A stretch of DNA of 63,957 bases, the filler included, from Polymyxa betae A26-41 (taxonomy: Eukaryota > Protista > Endomyxa: Phytomyxea): assembly GCA_003693705.1 (NCBI GenBank). It is 9 parts of 9 records of this genome, joined end to end, with 100 filler letters (N's around TTAATTAATTAA, not from the genome) between each part and the next. Parts side by side here need not be neighbours in the genome. Positions count along the whole stretch, not along the records: positions 28,708 to 36,839 come from RBZT01000741.1; positions 36,940 to 51,468 come from RBZT01000931.1; 7 more parts are not named here. One strand, 5' to 3'. The notes beneath the pieces are model-generated. The model had not been told where the DNA came from. It saw only the letters and a list, made by a program, of their open reading frames with translations, and did no database searches. How positions within the stretch are numbered: the stretch's first letter is position 1; each line of letters begins with the position of its first letter. Shown one piece after another: positions 33,856 to 45,809 of this stretch. A program made the position numbers and the translations under genes.

Positions 33856-36839
33856 GTTATGTGACATGTTATGTTACATGAAGTCTTGGAAGCTCCCATA
33901 ACGAGAATTTGCATTCCTTTTTCTATATAAGGAGCACTAATGCCGTGGCAATAAACAGATTACTTTTTCCATATTATTTCTTATTTGGTTGAATCTCCGA
34001 TTCAAGCCACAGAATAATTATTCTAGTGCTACGAAATTTGGAGACGCGATGTCGAGTGCGACTGGTGCTCGTAACTCCCAGGATCCAATGGTGGTGGATG
34101 ATCAGCCATCCATGACCACAGGTCAAAATTCATCAATTGCTGAAGGCCAGCGGCAGTCACAAATGCCGTTTGGTACCGGATTGGCACCGACTCTATCGAG
34201 TGATAGGGTTGCGGGTGCCATGGTTCATGTGGAGGCCAATGAGGCACCAGTGCTCCGCTCCACTGATACGTATGAAATTTTGAACTGGCTGGAGAAATAC
34301 CGCGTTTATATTCTCCGTGTGGAGGATGCTTGTAGAGCCAGTGTTGGCCTTATCCCTGGGTCACGCAGTGTTGCGTCCATGATTGACCCTCCATTATTAC
34401 AGATGATTGCCAAGTGGCATCTAGAAATAAATATTGAACAGCTGACAGATGAAGTGCTGCTCGGCTTTTTGAAAGAGTACGTGAAGAAAGACAAGACTTC
34501 TCATTCGAGGGTCCATGTCATCTTTAAGGAAGAACTCAAAATGGATATGAACATAAAGTCACCGTTTGCTCGGTTAGACGCCCTTGTGTGTTTGATGGAT
34601 GACATCACCCGACGACACAACCTGCAGGATGTGTTTAACAGTGATGCTGGCAAGAAGAATTGGGTGCGCTTCATGTTGAATGCGTTGCAACCATATCGTT
34701 TGCGACAGCATATGCGCACGATTGTGGAGATTACGCGGCCTGAACTTCAAAATAACCCTGAGCTGTTTTTTGAAGAGGCTGGAAAGCAGATCCCCATGTT
34801 TGAAAGTGACGTGGTTATGCAGAGCCGTCCAGGCTCTCATAAACGAAAGTCTTCCGAAATGGGCCATGCGAAGGGTTCGAATTCTGCGACAAAGTTTTCT
34901 AAGCAGGAAATAACCTGCTTCAAGTGCCGTCAACCTGGGCATTGGATCTCTGAGTGCCCGTTGCAACCATCTGTTACAGAACAGAAGGAGATTTTCAAAC
35001 GTCAGCGTGACATGAAGAAAGGAAATAAACACATTAAGAAGTCCTCTTACGCTTTTGTAGCGCGAATTTCGGAGAGTGACTGCTTGAATTGACAAGGCAA
35101 ATATGACGCTTCGGTGGAAGTGAAATTTGCTAATGGACAGGTAGATTGCGTGGTCATTCTGAATAGCGGTTCAGATCTTACCATCATACCAGAGTCTTTG
35201 GCTGATAGGTTCCTGAAGTTAGGATTGACTTAAGGATGATTCCGCTTCCAGAGCCATTGACTGTGACTTTGGCTATAATGCCACTGCAACAATTACAAGG
35301 AAAGTTCTCCTTGATATTACTTTACAGACCAAGGCTGGGAATGTTGTTATTCCGGACCAACCGTGCTTGATCTGGAACACACCAAGAAATGAAGTTTTTC
35401 TTGGGAATGACTTATTACGGACCATTGGAATTGATCCAAAATCTGCTTTGGACAGTTTCATTCTAAAACAGGATAGTCAGATAACTGAAAATCAAACCAT
35501 TGATGAATTTGATATTTCAATAATACCTGAGGTTGGTATTGATTGTGATTCTGACATGGAAAATCTGCTGAAGCAGAAAGTGCGAGATTGTCTCGCAAAT
35601 GGAATGTCGGAAAGATTCAGTGAGAAACTTTTGCGACTATTACTAAGTGTAAAAAATGTATGGAGACGGAAGTTGGGTCCGGATCCGCCTGCATTAGTAA
35701 CTCCGATGAAAACAGAGTTAATTGCAGATTGTAAACCTGTGCGTTGTAAAGCTCGCTTATATACAAAAGAGAAAGTGAATTCTTGCATGAATTTACATCA
35801 CAGCTCAAGCAATATGGATTTGTATATGAGAATTACAATAGCCGATGGGCAATTCCATCTTAGTTGTTGCAAAACCTGGCAAACAACATGAATTTCGAAT
35901 GTGTGTTGATCTGAGAGCTGTAAATGCTTTGTGTGAAGCCACAGCTTGGCCGATGCCATTCCTTGAATCTATTGTAAGAAATCAAGCAGGATCTAGATAT
36001 TGGTTTCTTCTGGATGCTTTCAAAGGATTTTGGATAATGCCTTTAGCAAAAGAGTGTCAGGAGATGTTTTCATTTATGACAGATGATGATCTTCTGGGTT
36101 ATGCTGACACAGAAGAGCGCTGGTTTTCTGTTTTGGAGAAAACATTAAATTTAGCCAATGGTTTCAATCTAAAACGTAATATTGATAAATGTAACTTTTT
36201 CCTGAAGGAGGCTAAATTCTGTGGTAGAATTTTCCGTCCACAAGGAGTCTCCCATGATCCAAAGCGCATATCTGCTTTATGCGCCATGAATATGCCAGAG
36301 AAAGCGAATGAATTACCACAATTGTTGATGGATTCTCAATGGATGAGTCGATCCATTCCTGACTATAATAAAATTGTCTCGCCGCTGCAAGACATTTTTG
36401 AATTGGCTATGAAGAATCAGCCAAAACGAACTAAAGCAGTCGCGCGTGGTGTGCGATTAAAACTGTTTGGGTGGAACACTATTCACTCTTTAGCTGTGGA
36501 GAAGCTAAAGTTGGATATTGCAAATACGGTGCAGTTATCGTATCCTAATGAGAATATGATACCATGTGTTTTTTGTGATGCAAGCCAACATTCTGCTAGT
36601 GGAATGGTTACTCAAATACCACTTGAAGATCAAGATAAGCCTGTGCATGAGCAACGACATGAGCCACTTGGTTTTGTTGGCCATCGGTTCAATCGTTCAG
36701 AGCTTAATTGGGCTATCATTGATGAAGAAGCTTTTGCAATTGTAGATACATTGCGAAAATTGGCATATTTGTTACATATGCCACGACCTTTTAAGTTATA
36801 CTCTGACCATCGTAATCTGATCATGATGTACAATCCGCA
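33856..36839 (+). mobile_element. Second related Ty3/Gypsy element: putative 5' LTR, gag with zinc knuckle, PR, internally deleted RT, RNase H
   Basis: CFKCRQPGHWISEC; ILNSGSDLTIIP; MCVDLRAVN, LDAFKGFW; FCDASQ, YSDHRNL; RT jumps from FSFMTD to DDLLGY; tatataa and aataaa upstream of gag. Confidence 0.92.
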
Positions 36840-36939
36840 NNNNNNNNNNNNNNNNNNNNNNNNNNNNNNNNNNNNNNNNNNNNTTAATTAATTAANNNNN
36901 NNNNNNNNNNNNNNNNNNNNNNNNNNNNNNNNNNNNNNN

Positions 36940-37199
36940 TCTAAATTGGTTTTATTTTCATGCTTTTCTTTTTGGATATTAAAGACTTTTTCAGAAAGTT
37001 CCTTTGGTAACACTAATTTTTCTAAAATTGGATTATCTCTTATATCCTTTAATTCTTTTTTAAATCTTGATATATATACTGATTTGCTGGTGTCAGAAAT
37101 ATTTAAATTAACAAAATACTCAATAATTTTTTTAATATTTGGTTTCTTCCCATTTTTATAATTGTTTTTTGCTGTTTCTATGTATGGTTTTTTTGCCAT
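36940..37199 (-). CDS. N-terminal part of a Lys-rich ORF in an AT-rich island; possible protelomerase/tyrosine recombinase of viral type
   Basis: SKSVYISRFKKELK...NPILEKLVLPKE resembles by eye the N-terminal helices of telomere resolvases; truncated by gap, catalytic residues not visible. Confidence 0.35.
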
Positions 37200-38165
37200 A
37201 TTATTATTATAGATATATAATTTTTTGTTTTTAAATGACCTTTTAATTTTCTGTTTATGTTAAAAATAATCATTTACCATTACAATTAACCATTATTATT
37301 ATTTTTAATTTTTTCCCTGATGGGCGGGTTTGTTTTTTGAATTGATATTATTGTTTATTCTGTTTTATCTGATCGTCTTAATGGATAGACCCTGATAAGA
37401 AGATGATGTTTTTTTCGTCGACCGCAAACCGCAAAAACCGCAAAGTGTTTTGAAGTTTTTCAGAAAAAAAAAATTCAAAAAAAAATATTTCTACTGAAAA
37501 AGTCAAAATCAAAATGCGACTTTGCGACTTTGCGGTTTATTGAATTCTTTTAAGTTTTTTTGTTTTTATTAATGGATTATACTATTAATTATTCAGTGGG
37601 TCTTCTTTTTTACTGTTTAATGGATTATTACTCCCGATAATTATTCATATTTTTTTTTAAATGTCGCTTTTTTAGGTAAGAACTCGCTTTTTTTCTTGAA
37701 AACTCGCTTTTTTGGGTGAAATTTGTCGCTTTTTTTGTCTATTTTTTTTTATATATTTTTTATATCTATTTTCTATCTTTTTTTACTCTTTTTTGTTAGA
37801 AAATAATAGAANNNNNNNNNNNNNNNNNNNNNNNNNNNNNNNNNNNNNNNNNNNNNNNNNNNTTTTTTTGGAAATGAAAAAACATGGAATTTTTATTTTT
37901 TATTTTTTTGAGTTTTGCGACCATACAAAAGGTATTTTGCGACTTATTTTTCCCATTTTTGCGAGTTTTGATGTTTTTTTGCGAGTTCTAAAAAATATAA
38001 CAATTGATTATCAAAAACATATAGATTAATTACTATTTATGTTTTTTATATAATTTAAAATCAATTTAAAATATACAACTGGTTAGGTGCGGATGATTTG
38101 GATTAATATATAGGTTTAATCCTGATTTTTTTTGAAAAGTTTTTTAAAAAAATCAATTTTTAACA
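36940..38165. other. Very AT-rich island with short direct and inverted repeats; candidate endogenous viral terminus
   Basis: Composition far below flanking GC; accgcaaa x3 versus tttgcg[a/g] x3; tcgctttttt x4; ttaatggatt repeats. Confidence 0.5.
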
Positions 38166-38171
38166 CCACAG

Positions 38172-38291
38172 ACAAGGAGACAGTGTGTCATTTTCAGAAC
38201 TCAAACCCAAAAACCCAAAAATGACACGTTATAAGACCCTATAACGTGTCATTTTTGGGTTTGAGTTCTGAAAATGACACTGTCTCCTTGT
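38172..38291. repeat. 120-bp near-perfect palindrome (foldback)
   Basis: acaaggagacagtg..tcattttcagaactcaaaccc..atgacacgttata / agaccc / tataacgtgtcatttttgggtttgagttctgaaaatgacactgtctccttgt. Confidence 0.92.
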
Positions 38292-38299
38292 GATATTCC

Positions 38300-39857
38300 C
38301 CAAAAGGAATAAATAATGAGTAATATTCCGCGAACGCCGCCCCCTCCAGAATAAATAATTCCTATTCTGCTTTTGTCAGAAAAAATTCTTCAGAAATAAG
38401 GAATTAATTCCTGAAAAATAGTCCAGTGCTCTCCCATAGTCCCAATTCCGTAGTGGACTCCGTGGCAGACTTGTAGCAATTCCCATTCGCGATCGAGAAA
38501 ATGACGGCCGATGGAGGACAGGAGATGGCCAAGGTTAACAATAAGGACTTGGTTGCCAAGTATTTCGAAGAAGGGGACCAATTTTTCCGTGGTTAAGTTC
38601 TTCCGCAAAAAGGATTCCAACCTTTTTTATTGGGTTAAGCGGGTTGTCCAGGATTTGCTTCCTTTCAACTTCTGTGAAAACCCGAACTCCAGGAACTTCA
38701 GCAATCTTGAGCCAATTTCGGTTGAATCATTGAAGGATTGTATGGCGAAGCTGACTTTCCTGGTTGAGGAGAAAATTAAGCGGATTCTTCTAGATCGGTT
38801 CGCTATCGCATTTGATGGATGGACTGACAGTTCGACACATTACCTGGCAGTCTTTCCTGTATTTTCGGATCAGAACACGAAATCCGAATGTGGCAAAGCT
38901 CTGCTATCTTTTGCTCCTCTGATCCATGATGAAGATTTGTCGGCTGATTTGCAGCATGAGACTTTGTACGAGTGAAGACGTTTGGCAAAGATTTTTCCAA
39001 TATCGCCTGTATTATTGGTGATAACTGCGCTGTCAACAAGAGCTTAGCTCGGAAATGTAAATGTTATATGGTAGGATGTGCCAGTCGAAGACGTAACCTC
39101 TCAGTTCAAAAATTTCTCGATGTTTTTACCTATATCATTGATCCGATACGAAATATCATGATAAGTTTGCAGACAATCAAGAATCGCGCTGCATTGAAAA
39201 ATATTAGTCCATTGTCTCCCGTCTTGGATAACGTTACCCGTTGGTCTTCGAAATTCGAGTAGCTGCAGCGATACTTTTAGCTACAAAAGAAATATTGCTG
39301 ATATTGTTCCCTACAGCTGCAGTTATGTCATGTCGATAACGTTAATGTGCAGACGCTTTTGAAGAAGCTCGCTCATCTTGAGAGTCAAACTAAGTTTCTT
39401 CAGTCAGAAGAGCGGCAAATGTATGAGATTCGTGAGGTCTTCGATAAGGCCATTCAACTGTTCGATTGCATTAAATATTATTGCGCGAAGGATGCGGAGA
39501 TTGTTTTTGCAGAGCTCCTATCCATATAATGACTTACGTTTCAATCGACCAACCAGTAACATTGGCGAGGGTTTTTTTAGCGTAGAATGGTTGGCATTGC
39601 CTGATAACCACAAGCGCCTGCTTCCGACGAATTTCGAAATGCATATCTTCCTGAAAATTAATCGTCATCTCTGGGACATCGATCTGCTGCATTTCGAAAT
39701 GGAAAAATCAGGAATAATTCATCAACATTATGGTAATAGTTCCCTCAAAGGAGTAAATATTCTTACTTATTCCTTTCGGATTGGGCTAGCAATAACTTAT
39801 TCTCATGATGGAATAGGAATAACTCCAGGTCATGAATTAATTATTCGGCATCCCTGC
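38300..39857 (+). mobile_element. hAT-like DNA transposon remnant
   Basis: DLLPFNFCEN, AFDGWTD, IGDNCAVN, GCAS..NL, DNVTRWSS with stops; terminal-like ggcatccctg at ~39848-39857. Confidence 0.8.
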
Positions 39858-40299
39858 TACAGTAGTGATCTTGCCACCCTTCACTGAGTTGGCCCGGTCT
39901 CCCTTGTTCACGCTCGCAACTCAGGTCGGACCGCCCTTCCTTGTCATGATCGTCTGGCTGTTCCGGATCGCCACGTACTGACAGCGCAGCCCTTACAGAG
40001 CTCACCGGTGCATTTCCAACATGTCTTTCTTCAACTGATGGAATACATGTTGAGCTATTTCAGCGTCCTGGCTTTAAAGGCTAAGTATTCTTCAATCGCA
40101 AGTGTTCATATTCCATGAACGTCATGCTAACGTTTGATTAGAACAGAAGAATCCGTTTTGTAAAAGCCGGCTGGCCCAATTCAGCTCATGATGTTAGAAG
40201 ACACTGGCGTTGAGGGCGCGTCCACGGGGTTTTCAGGCAGACTTTGTCCGTGACCCGCACGATGGTCATTACATGGGATGAGAGAGGTACGGCGGAGTC

Positions 40300-40990
40300 A
40301 AACGGGTCAGGCCATCACCGATGCTGAATACATTTTGATTATTGTAAGATTTACTTTCGAATATAGTCCATATTCTAGATTGGGAATTCTGGTGGGCTCT
40401 TGTGAACTGCTGTGTGGAACTTGCATAGCCTTAGATAGTTGGTAGTTGGCTCGATGGCAAACTGCTGTTGGGAATACCGAAGCGAAGGTTGGCGGAAGTC
40501 GAAGCGAACACATGACAGTGCTGTATGGGAAAGAGGTGTCGTATATATGAATCCTGAAAGGTTCTTCTCCGATGGCGAGTACCAGTTTGGAGATTCTGGG
40601 TTTTCGATATCCAAGCAGATGCTTGTTCCTTACCGTCACCCCGCATCATCGCTTCCAGAAAATGAAGAGTTCACTATGCGATTATCCCGGGGTCGGGTGG
40701 TGTCTGAGCAAGGCAACTGGATCTTGAAAGAGCGCTGGCAGTCGTTACCTTACCGATTACTATCAATAAGCCAAAGGATGTCTCCTATGCTTGCGATTGG
40801 ATTTCTGCTTGTTGCGTTTTGCACAACGTGGTTAATGGTCTGCGGTTAGCAGCAGAACAAACACGATTATAAGCCAGAAGCCCAAATTCCTGAACTTACC
40901 CGATATGATTTGGAAGTACAGGGGCGTCCAAATGAGAGCTATACCCTAAAAGAATGGCGATGTAAGATTCAAAAGGAAGTTTTGGATTAT
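40300..40990 (+). mobile_element. PIF/Harbinger (HARBI1/DDE_Tnp_4) transposase remnant
   Basis: THDSAVW, GDSGF, MLVPY, LSRGRVVSEQ..ILKERWQSL. Confidence 0.82.
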
Positions 40991-41105
40991 TTCGGGTTTT
41001 ATGATCAAATGGATCGCCTTCAGCACTAGTTTAATTATCAAGGAATACCAAGTTCAATTCGTGACTCTGTCCAGTGTTCATAAGAGAAGACACCATATTG
41101 CCTTT

Positions 41106-41351
41106 TGTTGGGGTAAAACTGGTTTCGGGTTAATTACCGGCAATTTGGTGTTGTCGGGTGAACGAAGAAGGGCTAAGGTACCGGAATCTCTCGTGTACAA
41201 TACACGGCCTTTTGTTGACCTTCGATATATATTTATTAATGTTTTAATGGTCTGAAGAGCACTCATATTCATGAGCAGAGATTATGGGACCTAACTCCGG
41301 TGCGCAGTTTAAATTGCGCAGTGATTTAGAGAGCCGGTGAGATTCTCAACA
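41106..41351 (-). repeat. Copia 3' LTR (TG..CA) with adjacent PPT (attcgagggggcg on the minus strand)
   Basis: Highly similar to 45567-45809. Confidence 0.95.
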
Positions 41352-44300
41352 CGCCCCCTCGAATCGGCTGATTCATCTTTCCTTCTCAGAGACATGCCAG
41401 ATCGGCACCATACAAACTTTGCGCTGTTGATTGGTTTCGTCAATGAATCGGCAACCCACGCTGATGTAGGCACATGAACTAATTCGACCTGTTTTGCCTT
41501 AATCTGCTGTCTTGTGTAGTTTCGTCCGGCTATCCAACCTGTTGTGATTGCTGATAGATATACATCCTCTGTTATCTGCAAGAACTGTGGTTGGCTCGCA
41601 GTGCTCAAATCAAAGGTCGTTGAAAGCTGACGCATCCAGACAGCCTCCCTTGAGGCCGAAAAAAGCGCAACATATTCTGGTTCTACCGATGACAGAGACG
41701 TTGTTGTTTGTAACTTGGATTGCCAGGACACGGCTCCAAAACCCATAAGGAACACAAAGCCGGTTGTAGAACGACGGGTATCAGGGTCTCCTGCCCAATC
41801 CGAGTTGGAATATCCTATCAGTTTGGGCTGTTTTGGCGTCTTTTGGAAGCAAAGGACAAGGTTTGCAGTGCCAGAGAGATAGCGCAAGACCCGTTGTGCG
41901 GCGTGCCAGTGCTGTTTCCCCGGTATGGAAATAAATCGGCATAGGGACCCTACGGCCGTTGCGATGTCTGGTCTGGTGTTGGACGAAAGCCATTTCAGTG
42001 AGCCGACAAGATCTCCATAAGGCACTCTTTTCATATAAGCTTTCTCATCATCGGACTGTGGACACATTTTAGACGGCAGGTGGACGCCAGGTTGATGTGG
42101 TGTTGATGTTGGGGTGCAGCCAGTCATGTTGAATCGTTCGATTAACTGGTTGACATATTCCTCTTGGTCCAAAGCGATTCCCTGGTGGCCAATTGTTATA
42201 CGTACCATTAAAAGTCGCTGCGGTTCTCCAACTTCAGTCAACTCCCATTTTTCAGCGAGCTGTTTAATGAGGTCCGAGCACAATTCCATGTTGTTATGAA
42301 CGAAGAGTATGCCGTCCACGTGAATTGCCACCATAACGAGGGATTTCTCGCTTTGAAGAACATAAACACATGGGTCGGCCAGCGTTCTGTGAAAGCCGAG
42401 CTGTTTTGTCAGGAAATTGTCAAGTTCATGATTCCACACCATTCCTGCTTGTTTCAACCCATAAAGGGCCTTCTTTAGCCTGAGAACCTTCCTTGGACTC
42501 GTCGATTGAAGAAAACCTGCTGGTTGTTCCAAGTAAATATCCTCTTCAAGTTTGCCATTAAGAAACGCACCGACCACATCGACTTGGTGGAGGTGATAAC
42601 CTTTCTATACGGCGAGGGCAATCAGGACGCGAAACGAAGTGGAATGTGCCACCGGAGCAAACGTTTCACTGTAGTCGACCCCAAACCGCTGCGAAAAGCC
42701 CTTTACAATGAGCCTGGCCTTGAATTTCCTGACTAGTCCTTGACCGTCGAGGCTTGGTTTTAAATCAAATACCCATTTCTACTGAATGGCTTTTCGCACT
42801 GAAGGTAAATTTACCAGCTCCCATGTATCGAAATTAGCGATTTGATCAAGCTCTGCTCTCATCGCGTCGTACCAGTGACCTACAGTGACCTGAGTACGAT
42901 CCCGTCACGGCCTCCTTTAATGTGTTGGGAACCTTCACTTGCGATAATGGGATTCTGGATATGCACGGCCTTGGCAGTATCTCAGGATCGAATGTGGGAA
43001 CATTTGTCTCTGCAAGTGATGCAATCCACCATTTTCCAGGCGGTTTTCTGACGCCTCCAGGATATCTGCTCTCTGATTCGTTCGTTAAGTGTTCGGCGTC
43101 GGAATCGACGCATTCAGAATTCGGGGTCTCGTATGCCTCGTCATCGTTTAAGGACTCCGATTCTGAAAGCAGCTCGACTCTTCCAATGGTCACGTCAGAA
43201 GCACCATCTTGATCTTGACTTTCATCTGACTCATGATTTTCACTCTCACAAGGATCATCATGATTCTGCTTGGGGTAAACCTTTCCAGGACCGATATCAT
43301 CAGAATCGTCGTCACTGGGGTTCAGATCTGACCGGCATTCGTTGTGTCCATCTTATTCTCTGTCATCTGTGACAACACCTTGTAAATCGTGGTTGCATCG
43401 CCCGAAAGTGAACGATCTTTCATAAAACATCACACTGCGGCAAGCGAAAATCTTCTTCGAGACAGGATCGAACAGCTTGTAAGCTTTCTGAGATGTTGCA
43501 TGTCCCACGAAGATGCCGCGTTGTGCCCTTTGACTTAAACTTGTTCGCTTAGCAGCGGGTATATATCCTCAACTATCACAGCCAAAGACTCGGAGATGGC
43601 ATAGGTTCGGCTTACGTCCCCACCACATTTCGAACGGCGTCTGGCCTTCTAAGTACGAATGCGGTCCGGTTCAGTAGATAAACTGCTTGGCATACGGAAA
43701 GGGACCAGAACGATTTCGATAGCGCCGCTTGAAATCTTAACGATTCTGCAGTCTCCATAATTGTTCTGTTGAGTGTTTCGGCGACACCATTTGATGGTGG
43801 CCAATATGTTACTGTCGTTCTAAGAGTGATTCCTCTGGAAGCTAGGTACACTTGAAATTGCTTGCTCATGTACTCTCCTCAATTATCGCTTTGGAACATT
43901 TCAATCGACCGTCCACCTGCTTGAAGCTTGTTACATATAAATTTTTCGTAGTGCTTGAACGCATCACATTGGTCACTCTTGTTCTTGAGAAGATATATTT
44001 TGACATATCTTGTAAAATGATCTGTATAAGTGACGAAATATCGCCAGCCCCCATCGATTGCAGGTGTATCGAGCGGTCCATTTATGTCCGACATTATCAG
44101 TTGACCTGGCCTCGTTGATTTAAGCTGGCTCGCTGGGAACGGAAGTTGCGTCATTTTTGATAGAATACAAGGCTCACAAAGCGAGATATTTTCAGCCTTG
44201 TCGAGTTTGATCCCTTCTGCACCGCCTTTTGCAAGGATATTGAGATCTTTGTTATTGAGGTGACAAAGTCTTTGATGCCATGTGTCACGGCCAATATCAC

Positions 44301-45566
44301 ATTTCAAGTTTGTCAGGTTAGCCCATGTATTTGACTGTTGGGCGATTTGCGGTTTAAACCCATATAAATTGTCATGATCCTTGCGACTTTGGCCACAGCA
44401 TTCCCACTTGCTTGTTTGAACCCATCAGCAGCGTACAAGGTCGGTATTCGCCGTCAAAAAGGAATTTTAGACCTAAGCTGGTTGCTTGGCCAACAGAGAA
44501 TAGATTCTTTCCCAATTTTGGCACGAGTAAGGCACTATTTGTTTGGAGTATCTGATCGCCGATGGCACATTCTGCTTGGCCGAAGCCATGAGACCCGATT
44601 GTACTATTATCGCCTAGTTGAATTTCAGGTCCTAGGGTTGATGTGATATCCTTGAAGTAATTTTTGCTCTTAAACATGTGGTTTGAACACCCGGAATCAA
44701 CTATAATGGACGTATCGTTTCTACCAACGCTGTTAGCCGACGCTGAGCATATAGATTGCAATGAGTAAACTGAATGCTTAGACTGTGTATTATTGAATCG
44801 GTTGCGAAGCTCCGGATGCAGAGTAAAGCAAGCGTCATCTCCTCCGGGGTGGCGGTGGTGTGGAATTTTGCAGGTAGAAACTCCCGGCCTCTGCTTGGAA
44901 AGTTTTGTAATCTGGGCACGAATACCGCTAATCTCCTCTTGCATGGCCAATTGAGCGGAGAATCTGCTCGACTGGGAACGCGCTTGGGTTTCAGCGTTTA
45001 ACAGCATGTTAGTTGCCTTCTGCATGGAAACATCATCCAATGTGTCGAGGGCGATGACAACCTCGTTAAACTCGTCTCCAACGTTTGCCAAAGTGAGTGC
45101 GATCTTGAGATTTTCGGGGCATTCTAATCCTGCATTGGTTACTGCTTGAGCTCGGGAATCCACCATGGCAATATAGTCGACAATTGCCATAGAAGGCTGC
45201 TTTTCGGTATGAATTAATACTTTGACGGCCGAAATGAGTGCCGCCATTGAACCTCGTTGAAACACTTCCTGAAGCGCTTTCCACAATTGATACGATGTTT
45301 TGGACTTTTGTGCAATGACCAGGATCTTATCGTCAAGGTGAAGTTCGATCTTGGCCTTGGCACGACGGTCTGTTTTGACAAGTTCGCCTTTGAGGATAGG
45401 CGCTGTGCTGTCAGGCTTAAAGGCTGAAGCGTTAAATCCAACGGCCTCGTCATAATTCTTGTCAAAAAGGAGCCCATTCGGCGGGCCCATAGTTGATAAT
45501 TCTCGCCTGTGAGAAGTGGGACACGGCCATCCTTTCCCATGGTGAGCTTTGGGACTCTTAATCTTT

Positions 45567-45809
45567 TGTTGGGGTAAAACTGGTTTCTGGTTAATTACCG
45601 ACAATTTTGGTGTTGTCGGGTGAACGAAGGGCTAAGGTACCGGAATCTCTCGTTTACGTATACGGCCTTTTGTTGAACTTCGATAAATATTTATTAATTT
45701 TTTAATGATCTGAAGAGCACTCCTATTCATGAACAGAGATTATGGGACCTAACTCCGGTGCGCAGTTCAAACTGCGCAGTGATTTAGAGAGCCGGTGAGA
45801 TTCTCAAGA
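45567..45809 (-). repeat. Copia 5' LTR
   Basis: Highly similar to 41106-41351, with one terminal CA>GA change. Confidence 0.95.

Larger units (their letters stand above)
41106..45809 (-). mobile_element. Full-length but frameshifted Ty1/Copia LTR retrotransposon
   Basis: gag (MGKDGRVPLLTGENYQLW), PR IVDSGCSNH, GAG-pre WHQRLCH, IN, RT (KKALYGLKQA, HVDG), RNase H (YSNSDWAG); LTRs at both ends; 5-bp TSD CCTTT at 41101-41105 and 45810-45814. Confidence 0.97.
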
